From contig MU271331.1 in the NCBI GenBank assembly GCA_021432655.1, forward strand, positions 4,902 to 50,511: a DNA stretch of 45,610 nt, in the 5' to 3' direction. The position numbers were made by a program, and so were the translations under genes. The notes under the pieces are model-generated. The model was given only the letters and a program-made list of their open reading frames with translations. It was not told the origin of the DNA and ran no database searches. Below are positions 26,305 to 36,329 of this stretch, in pieces; the stretch's first letter is position 1; each line of letters starts with the position of its first letter. The stretch is from Atractiella rhizophila (lineage: Eukaryota).

Positions 26305-29300
26305 CTACTGCATCATAGAGGAATCTCCGTTCCCATTCAGAGGTCGAAAGGTCAATCCTCTCTGTTGGACATCTGCCCTTGGAGCAGAAGGTGTCGCAGT
26401 GCCAGACGGTGAGGGATCAATGACGATCATTTCTCCTGATCGTTGAGGCGATAAATTTGCGTTCAGCGACCCGAATACCTCCTCTGTCTTGACGGGGATA
26501 TCGAGGCCTTCTTGTAGATAGAAAGTTTCCTCTTCAGGGCGAACATGGGTATCTAGAGGTCGAGCGTTGGGCTCATCAGATGGTAGCGCAACTGGGATGT
26601 CATCTTCGCCCGAACCCTCAATGGCGGAAGCATTTTGTAATGCTCGAGTGATAGTGGACTGAGAGACTTCAACTGCGACGTCTACTGGGATATCAGGTTG
26701 TCCGTCTTGCTCTTGAAACTGCAATCCAGGCCCTGTCTCCGTTGAGGACTGATCCATTTGATCTGCCTCCTGCGCTGTCGATGCTGGCTGCATTCGGCCC
26801 TCTTGTTGCTGCATGACCTCTAGTTCAAGGGGATGAAGTTCCAAAGGCCTGTCACCATCGACACTTTCAGAATAATTTTGAAGAGAGGGAGGGGTGGAAC
26901 GAACCTTCGGATCCATTTGCCGTCCTCCGCTTGAACAAACGAACTTTTGGCTTGTCCAAACCACTGTCTGACCTGGCCAGCACTGACACCTATCCTCAGG
27001 GCGAGCGACTCTCTCTCCGACGGTGAAGCAAAGCCATGATCCCTGACCCATTCCTCCAGCGATCGTTGAGCTAGAATGCAAAGCGAACCATCAGGCCGCT
27101 CAGATTAGATGGGAAAGGGAAGGACGGACCATCGGCTGACATTGGGAGTTTCCTCCTCGTCTGCTTCCCTTGCGGCTTGCACGGTTTGTCTCTCCCGGTC
27201 CCCCAACGATTCAACCTAGCCAACCCAAGACGTCAGCTTGAGCGGGACGGTGTTGAATGACGCACGCGGCTGGAACGTAGGGTCCGCTGCCACTCCTCTT
27301 TCGCGCTCCATTAAACCAACTCTGCACCTGCAGCTTTGTCAAGCCAGTTTTTTGAACCAGTTCTGCAACTTCTTGAGGTGTGGGCTTCAGGGTGCGTACT
27401 GCTGTGGCCTCGAGCTCATTCAAAACTACATGTTCAGGCCGGAATTGGTTAGATATCGCGAAACAAGAAAAGAAAGGAATAACGAACTGGCTTCTGAGAA
27501 ATGTGAACCTCTGGTTTGCATGACTGGCATAGCAGGAAGCTGCATCTCTCCTGCTGCATCCTTCTCTCCCGATACACCCGAGCCTTCTCCCTCTTCCGTC
27601 TCACCGACCACAGCATCTCCATCTCCGCTTCTGAGCACTTGCACATTCACCGGTTGACCCTTGATGCTATCCCATATGCCAATTTTGCGTTAGCCAGCCA
27701 TTTTCTCCACATGGGAAGAGAGCAAGGGAGATGGATACCTGAGCACGCCACGGGACTTGAGGGAACGCCTCAGATGACAAAACCAGGCGTCTACCTGTCT
27801 GAGGGACAGTTGGGTCATTTGGCTCAACTGCTTCTTGCTCTCCTTCAACGGGTACGCGCCGTTCATTTCCACCCACGACGAAAGGACCTGGATCACTGTC
27901 ATTCCGCGACGCGCTCATAAGCCCTTCGCTCATCGGGGTAGCAGGATAGAAAACATAAAAGGGAAGACGTGGACACACCCTCCGCGGGATAAGGCTTTCT
28001 ATGCACTTCTCCTAGTAACCTCGGCTCCTCTCCGCCTCCAGCTCCAACGGTTTCCCGCTTCCCTGCACCACCACCATTACCATCAAGAGAGAACCCATTC
28101 TCCGCTGCGAGAGGGAAGGTTGGACCGGAAGGAGGGACGAAATCGCTCTGGTCGTTGAGAAAACTTGTTGATGCGACGGGGTTTGTCTCCTCCATCGAAT
28201 CGGAGGGTTGTGGTGATTGGTCAAGTGAATGTTGTTGCACAGGAGGAGGAGCAGGGGGAGGTTGTGCTGGAGGGAGAGGTGCCACCCTCCTCGCCCATGC
28301 GAACCAGGCCTCTAGGTCTTCAATGTCGATGTTGGCTTGTGCGCAAAGGTCCTCTTTCACGTCAATTGAGGGATAAGGGAAAGAGATATGGTCTTCTATC
28401 CAATCTCTCAAGATCGAAGCAGCTGCCGCCATACCAACCGTAGGTTAACGTTGTAAAGATAAGAAGTAACTATGGAACGAACAGGAAGTTGGAAGTGGCG
28501 GTGGAAGTGGATGGGTCGGGATGAACCTGTCCCCTGCAGCGCGGAAGAGCCATTCATGAATGCGTTCTAGCGAGATCTCCAAAGTCGCACAGAAGTGCGC
28601 TTTCTCGTCCGGAAACAGGTATGGAAAGGCAAGATGAGAGGCATGCCACGACATCAGTTCCGTGAGAGCTGTTAGAAATAGACCAACGTTAGAACGTTTG
28701 CTAGAAGGAGAGGAAAGGCACTCACCTGCAGTAGGTAGGAGATGACGGGTGAACCAGTCCCGAACTTTTGTGATTGACCATCCCGTTTTACTACTTAGCT
28801 CTTCAAGTTGTTCGTTCGATGGTGTCCACTCTTCTCCTCCCCAATTACGCTCTCTAAAGCTGCACAGTATCTCCTCCACCTCTCTCGAGTCCTCAACCGC
28901 CTCTACCCGTGACGCGTTTTCCACATCTATATCCGCCAAATTGAAACGACCTTCATCCCAGGCAGTTTCGAAAGCAGGTTGGTAAGAAACCGAATGATGG
29001 ACCACTCCACTTTTCTCCAAAAACCAATCTCGAATACTCTCCCCGTTCAACGCCGTCTTCCTCCTCAAAGACTCCATCTCTTCTCCTGCGGGCACACCAA
29101 CGTCCAGATGCGCCTCCCTCCATTCTTCTAGTATCCTTTTCGCGGTCGCAGGGATTGAACGCGGATTCTTCCTCTTCATCTTCGACGGCCCTTCGCCTGT
29201 GTCTTGGTCTGGATTGTCCCGCGACGCTTCCGACGCCACCGCTTGGGTGCGACGACGCTTGGGACGCCGGGGAATGGCAGTCGGCGCTGGTCCAGGGGGT

Positions 29301-29414
29301 CGATCGACGGGTCGAGGTATAGTCATTGTTATGGCGGTTTGTGTGCTGGAGCAAGTTAGCATTTCACCCCTACAAAAGGCTGTGAGGAAGTGCTTACGTC
29401 CGAGCCAAGTGCAT
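26305..29414 (-). CDS. Multi-homeodomain protein: seven tandem degenerate homeodomains plus acidic/Pro-rich C-terminal tail (about 850 aa, about 10 exons)
   Basis: Phase-consistent GT-AG splicing yields seven L..W.....P.....L...(TG)L....V..WF repeats (see findings). The start may be ATG 29414 (through one intron) or ATG 29326. Confidence 0.85.
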
Positions 29415-30288
29415 ACGATGCTGGCTCAGATGATATCGCTGTAGAAGTTTCTTTATTATTTAACAAGATGGTCGATTATATTCCAAGTTCTAACCTTATT
29501 GAACGGTCAAATTTTATCTTTTCTTCCGCCCGCAACTACTGCTGCGGTCGCAATGTTATTGGGATCAAGATGTCTTCTTTCTTTGGATATCATACATGTC
29601 ATATATCATGCGTTGATGCTACACCTCTGATTTCCCAGTCTCCTCTGGGTGGAGGAGTATGAAAACTCGCACCCTGTCCGCACCCATAGATACAGCTGCC
29701 CTTGTGTCCTCGAAAGCTTGGCTGCCAGTGCTTCTCTTTGCACTATTTGGTCTCTTCAAGCAACGGTGATTTATGCACAAAGCGTCAAACAGCCTAGCTT
29801 GAAGTTATATGGGCTCAGAAATGGGTTTTACTTCGCCGTGGCTCCTTGTTCTACCTCATTCCATTTCTCGGATTGTGGCAGCAAGCTTGCATCTATTTCT
29901 GCTCATCCAAAGGACAAAGGAACGGATAGGATGTCAGCTCACCCGTCAGGGATTATTGGAGAGCACGAGAGCCGCTCTAGTGCTCAAGGAGATCAGTTGC
30001 TAATTTCCTCAGAAAAGATGCATCACGTCTTGAGTAGCCGACAACCCTTCTTTGCTTTAATATCCAGGACATGAAATCGACGTGATGTCATGATCCAGAA
30101 TCAATAGACACGTACCTATGATGTAGAAGACCCACCTATGTTGTAGACTCTAAGTGATCCTTTGCAAGAAATGTCGCTTCATGGCCAGAAGAGAACTCAA
30201 CTCATGCTATTTGTGCTATGCCAACTGTAAATAACTGAGCTGAGAGAGACGGACACCATCAGTCCCGTCATACGGAGCGACATCTCAT

Positions 30289-30480
30289 CTCTCAGAACAG
30301 CATCAGCTGCGCAACATTTTGACCACAAACTAGTAGCTGTTGGGAACTCGGATCACAATAAAAGCCCAGAGACCAGGCTTCGTTCCCGTATGTTAGCACG
30401 AGACGCTTTCTCAGAACAACACCAGCTGCGCCACATTTCTGACCATGAACTAGTAACTGGTTGGGAACTCGGATCACAAC
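30289..30480. repeat. Diverged ~70-bp direct repeat (about 30289-30359 and 30407-30480)
   Basis: TCTCAGAACA..CAGCTGCGC.ACATTT.TGACCA..AACTAGTA.CTG.TTGGGAACTCGGATCACAA occurs twice about 120 bp apart. Confidence 0.85.
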
Positions 30481-31136
30481 AATGTGCGGCACGTCACAGT
30501 CTAGGCTGCAAATTCTCGCCAATCATTAATCATTCATCGTAGAGTCCCTAGGCTCCCAACGAAACGAAACGAACCTCGCTGTACCCCGCGCGGTGCATCT
30601 CATCCATGGATAGGTTTTTAGGAGTATGACATAATGGATAATGAAATTCGGAAATCGAAGCCTGATCCCATCGCCTTCGCTAACCATTGCGTAACATTTT
30701 TGGAGTCGACTTTGTCAAGTCAAGAGGCAGACTCCCTTGCACAACCTGAAAGGAGCACAGAGTAAGTACAAGGTGTTGCTTTGTACTGTGCCTTTGTCAA
30801 CTTGTGTCAATTAAGTACTACAATCTCTTGAGCATGACAATCCCACTACTGGAATCCGCAACCATGCAACGACAGTGTGAATAAATAAGTGACAAGCAAG
30901 GAAAACGTTTCGAAATGCGGCCAAGTGCCCAGGTCCTTTGCGACCTTTTTTTAGCGCAGCGCACATTTCAATCGGCCCCTTGCCATTTTGCCGCCCTGGC
31001 TTTTTAAAACCACCAACAAAAAGGGGCACTCGTTCGCTCAGTCCGACACTCGTCCTTGTCTTTACTTGCAGGCTACAAAGCCACGACCCTCCCTTATCCA
31101 GCTACACGCTCTTTATCCACCTAACCAGCTATCAAC

Positions 31137-33251
31137 ATGCTTCTCGTTCCCCTCCTTGCTCTGGGCTCCACCGCCTTAGCGCACATGGGCCATCATCATG
31201 CTCACCATCACAACATCGCAAAGAGGGCAACAGCTGCTCCTACCGACGAGGCTTCTGAGGCCAAAATCAGCGGCGCAACGGACGAGTGTACCGCTTACAA
31301 TGATCCCATCGTCTCCTCCTTGGTGAGTCTTTTCTTGGGATTTGGGGTTGCACGTCCTGGTGGGTTCGGTGCGTTCCGACAACCCGAAGAAGAGTCCAGC
31401 AAAAAAATAAGTCAAATAGAGGAAGACTCTTCTATCTTTCTTTTGCAATAATGCGAATCTGGTCCCGATTCTAGTTCTGGACATATCACCTTAGCGTAAC
31501 GGCTGACTGACTGAGGACATGTTGACAGGCGAAGAGTTACCCTGCCAACTGGGAAATCGCCTCCATTCCCGACAGCGACACGGACGCCCAGGCGCTCTTC
31601 AAGGCTCTCCAACCCAATATTCCCAACATCAAAGTGAAGGGAACTCCCCAAGGAGACTTCTCCGCTTTCACTCCCACCTACGACTCTTCTGACCCTGGTG
31701 CGTCCTATCCATCCTCCTCTTCCATGGAGAAAATAAAATTGATGGTGTGACGATTGTAGATTGTTGGTGGACTTACAAGCAGTGCACGTCTGGAAAGACC
31801 AAGGGCGTCATTGGTGATCTTACCACTTGTAACGAGGTGAATCTTTCGTCTCTGTGCTCGAAGGACGACAGCTGAGAAAAGTGATGGATGTAGCCGAACA
31901 CTTGGGGCATTGACCTATGACGATGGACCAAACTGCTCCCACAATGCTTTCTACGACTACTTGCGGGAACAAAACCAGAAGGCGACTATGGTTCGTTCAC
32001 TTCTTTTCTTTTAAAGACATTGTTTTCATTCTGACCTTGATACAGTTCTTCATCGGGTGAGGAGACAATATGTCCCTGCTTGAGAGCTGACGTTGGTCAA
32101 GGTCTAATGTCATGAACTGGCCTTATCAGGCTCAGCGAGCCTTGGTTGATGGTCACGAAATCTGTGTGCACACGTAAGTCGCACTTTTCTTTTAAAAAAT
32201 TGCAGAATGCTGACTTTGGAGCATAGCTGGTCGCACCGGTATGCCTCGCATTCCTGCTGCAATAGTTGAGACGAATTGACGATGTGCAACAGATACATGA
32301 CAGGATTGACGAACGAGCAAGCCTTCGCTGAGCTCTATTACACCCAGAAGATCATCAAGGAAGTCATCGGCGTCACTCCCAAGTGCTGGCGACCGGCCTT
32401 CGGAGACGTCGATGACAGGATCAGGTTCATTGCTCAGTCTCTCGGACTGCAGACTATCACTTGGGTCAGGGACATCTTGTAAGCCTTTCTTTCCATCATT
32501 TGTCAAGTCCCAGCGTTGATACCGTGCCACAGCGATTGGAACTGGCCCGTCCTCGGACTCAAACAGATTGATGCCAACTACCAAGGCCTCATTGACGCAG
32601 CTGCGAATGGAACATTCAGCACTTACGGGTATGCTTCCCATCCTCTATGAGAGGAGTATCGTTTATTGAAGACTTTGGTAGACCCATCGTCCTGACCCAC
32701 GAGATTGATGGAGAGACGATGGAGAAGGCGATCACCTGGTTGCCCCAAGGTCCAGTCCGCCTTCAAGGCCGTCGTGCCTGTCGGTGTCTGTCACAACGTG
32801 ACGCACCCCTACATGGAGGACGAGTACGAGTACCCCGACTTCAAAGCCTACGGTTCGTTCCTCCCCTCCTCTTCATTCCATCTCTCTGACCAATTGATTT
32901 TTGGATGCAGTTGCTGGAACAACGCAACTCAGCCTTCCAGGCGTAACCGAGACCCCAGTCGCCAAGCTCGACCTGCCCCTCTCAGCAGGCAACTCCAATC
33001 CGATCACGAACGCGCTCTACACTCCCGACTCGGGAGCCGCCACCGGAGCCGCCTCGTCCCCACAGCAGACGTCGTCTAGCAGCTCCTCCTCCACGTCGTC
33101 CTCGAAGACGACTGGAGCTCAAAGCGCGGCGAAGAGCGGAAGCAACTCAGCTGCTGCTGACCATTCGTCTGCTCAAGCTTTTGGTCCTATGATGTTGGGA
33201 TCGCTCGCGGCTGCTTTCGTCGCTGTTGGAGCCGCTATCGTGGCTATTTAA
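31137..33251 (+). CDS. Secreted, GPI-anchor-type chitin deacetylase (CE4), with two apparent +1 frameshifts as assembled
   Basis: Signal peptide, Kex2-like KR, DPDCWWTY, LTYDDGPNCSH, ATMFFIGSNV, GHEICVHTWSH, CWRPAFGDVDDRIR, PIVLTHE, a Ser/Thr-rich stalk and a hydrophobic C-terminal tail. Extra G at 31904-31907 and extra C at 32743-32746. Confidence 0.9.
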
Positions 33252-33648
33252 TTGACATTTCGGTTAGCTTTCTTTGGTTTGGATGAGCTTGAAATGCTGT
33301 CGCTGTCGCTGTTTGAGGTTGGAAGCGTTGATGTTAATGTTATTATTCGTTTCGAGATATATTTAGGCTGGTCGCACAGAAACAATGCAAAAAGTCCAAG
33401 ACTTTTAATCAATGACAGAGTACATAACAGGACAGGACCAAGCAGCAAGTTCAGTAATAGCAAATCACAGCTGCAGTCAATGTTAAATGCGAAGTCAGGA
33501 GAGGGTTTCAATGGCCGTCCGGATGTTTGTAGCCTTCCAGCCAACAAATCTTACGCGTCCGCCAAAAACGACAAGTCGTCAGTTCTAGCCTCTCTTCCAG
33601 TCGTCTCTCCTACCCAACATTTATAGAGCTCTAAGGCGTATTACAGCG

Positions 33649-35487
33649 ATGTCTCAAGACCCCATCTCCTTCCTCGAGACGCTGTCTTCTTCTCCCGACT
33701 TCCCACCATCACTCCAGACTTACATTGGACAATTCGGGACTTTGTACTCCAAAAAGTGACATATCTTCTTTCCTGTACCGTATAGATTTTGCACATACTG
33801 ATGCCTGTTGTGTGGTTGAATAGATTATGGTACCCTCTGACACTTTCCCTCCTCCAATTTCAAGCCCAGAAAGAGTCCTCTCCGATCCTCATCCCCCTCT
33901 TCGAACATTTCATCCTTCATTTCGCCAAGAACTTGAACAGTCTCAAACTGGTAGAACTAGGTGTGGCAACGGCAAGGGAGTTTGCAGGTCTGTCCTCTCC
34001 CTTTCTTGCGTCCCCTGTCCTTCTTTGTCATTGTTCACCCCATCTGATCCAGAGAGTGAGATTGAACTGATGATACTGATGAATACAGACCCTTCAACAT
34101 CTCTCCCTTTCCTACAGACCCTCGTCCCACTCCTCCCTACTCCGCCTCAAGAGAAGGCACCTGAGGCTTATGTCCTCTTGACCATCTCAGGAGCTCACTA
34201 TTCTTTACTTCTCGGTACATCTTCATTCGCTCATCTCCCTCGCCCAGTTGCTACGAGGAATAGGATATACAGTGCTGATGCGTGGGTCGATAGGTGACTT
34301 GGATGCGACAAAAAAGCAGATCGACGAGTGTATGACCATATTGGATGGTTTGAGTGGCGGGAAAGAAGGTGCGGATGTAGGCGTTAGAGGAGCGGTTTAC
34401 AGAGTCGCTGGAGACTATTACAAGGTGCTTTCTCTCTCTTGTGCCTCCCACTTCCCGCTTTGTTGCGTCCATTCCCAACGCGTCTTTGTCCCTTCCTTTC
34501 TGTGACAGAGCAAGAGATACTGAACAATCCTGTTGGGGGAACAGGCCAAATCCGACTATGTCCTCTACTACCGCACCTCCCTCCTCTTCCTCTCCTGTCT
34601 CCCCAAACCGCTCTCATCTTCTCCTATTCCTCGTGAAGAACTCGTCGGACGGGCTCACGATTTAAGCATCTCCGCCTTACTTGGGGAGAGTGTCTATAAT
34701 TTCGGAGAACTCGTATGTCCACACCTTCTCCGTGCCATCTCCCCTCGTATGATCCACTGAAATCATTTTGGAAATGAAATAGTTGCTTCATCCTATACTG
34801 AGTTATCTGGAGGGCACAAATCACGATTGGCTACGACAGTTATTGTTTGCGTTCAATGAGGGGAGCATTGGGAAATTTGAGACGTTGGCACCGTATTTGG
34901 AGAGAGAGGTATGTTTCTACTTTTTACCTTCGCTTCCTCCTTTCGTTCGACTGTGTCTTTGGTCAATATTCTCTGTCGCCCTTCCTGACTCCGATTGTTC
35001 GCAAATGCCGTTGCTGATCAATCGACGCTGTTGTCATGAACAGCCGATCCTCCAAGAATCGTATTCCTTCCTTCGGCAAAAAATCTGCCTCATGTCCCTC
35101 CTTGAGTCAGTCTTCAACCGTTCCTCTTCTCAACGGTCCAACATGAGTTTCATGGACATTGCGAGCGAGACTGGGCTACCGGGGGATGAAGTGGAGCATT
35201 TAGTCATGAAATCCTTGTCGTGAGCCTACTCTCTATCCCGCCCCCCTTCTGAGTAGAAAGACACGTTATTGATGAGTGTGTGAATGGATAGGCTCGGTTT
35301 GATAAAAGGCACCATCGACCAAGTGGACATGAAGGTCAAAGTGTCCTGGCTGCAGCCGAGAGTGTTAGGGAAGAGAGAGATAGGGGAAATTAAGAGAAGA
35401 CTAGGGGAGTGGGAGGAAGGCATAGGAAGGGTGGAGAAGTCCCTGCAGAGTGGAAAGGAAGGCCAGGTGGCAGAGGTGGGTGCATAA
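33649..35487 (+). CDS. RPN9: 26S proteasome lid subunit Rpn9 (PSMD13)
   Basis: YSKKLWYPLT, LNSLKLV, YRVAGDYYK, YYRTSLLFL, AHDLSISALLGESVYNFGELLLHPIL, LRQKICLMSL, EVEHLVMKSLSLGLIKGTIDQV and WLQPRVL (PCI domain). Confidence 0.96.
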
Positions 35488-35652
35488 AGAATTATAACTG
35501 GTGGAATGAAAGCTTTATGAAGTTCAGAAAAGACGCATGAAAGGTCCCAAAGATTTTGCCTTGCGTACTGGTGAGTAATTTGGAATAATAATTGGGTATT
35601 GGCAACAGTACTTTTTCTACCCTTGCTTTCTCTCTTGAGTTGAACTCAATCT

Positions 35653-36329
35653 CTACCTACAGCAAGGGACAAGCTGCAGCTGAGAATTTACTGCATGCTT
35701 GAAGACATTATTTGCGGAGCTCAGCCACGTACGAGAGACACAACAAGACGTCAGGTCGACGAAGCAAATGACCCTTTCTACTCGAACGTTTATTGTAATC
35801 GGATCTTCCTCGCGATGAGGGTGGACATGGACCATCTTTGAACCCTCTTCAATATGGGTCCTGAAGCTTGATGACCCATGTTCAGCATCCGTGTCGCGAT
35901 AATAGGCCGGTTTGTCCAGCCCTGAGTCTACTCCTCTTGTATCCATGTTGGCTTTGAAATCGGAACAATGAATTTCGAGATATGCACGTTCCGACCCGTC
36001 CGCCTTCCACTGTTCGAGATTGAATGTGATTAAACCGTGATTGATCACTTGTCGCGGCAGTGGGGGCCAGTCGAAGTACTTGCCAAAGGCATTCCGAGGA
36101 GGAATTGCAATATTGGTGATGACGGATTTGAGGACGGACTGATACTCCCCCAAGTAAAGTGAGATCCCGTGCTTGATAAACGAACTTCGTACCTACATTT
36201 GAAGCAGCAAATTTCCACCACCAGCCACTGTGACGAGGGGGTAAACAGCCGACATTCATCCAGGGGATGGCGGAAGGAGGAAGTTTGGTCAAGCTCCGCA
36301 ACCCCTCCTCTCCCTGCATCTACAGCCAA
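35653..36329 (-). other. Possible small orphan gene or gene remnant divergent from the P450
   Basis: A 166-codon open frame (35653-36153) plus overlapping upstream ORFs. Its 5' part is duplicated at 37934-38245, where the copy has a TGG-to-TAG stop. No homology recognised. Confidence 0.3.

Noticed and set aside
27667..27738. Intron starting GTATCC as a U12-type intron
   Set aside because: The donor is GTATCCAT rather than GTATCCTT, and the branch site is an ordinary GCTAAC, not TCCTTAAC.
26305..31137. Homeodomain gene as a basidiomycete HD mating-type locus
   Set aside because: No divergently transcribed HD1/HD2 partner is visible, the flanks are MDM38 and a chitin deacetylase rather than MIP1 or beta-fg, and the domains lack the WFxNxR motif.
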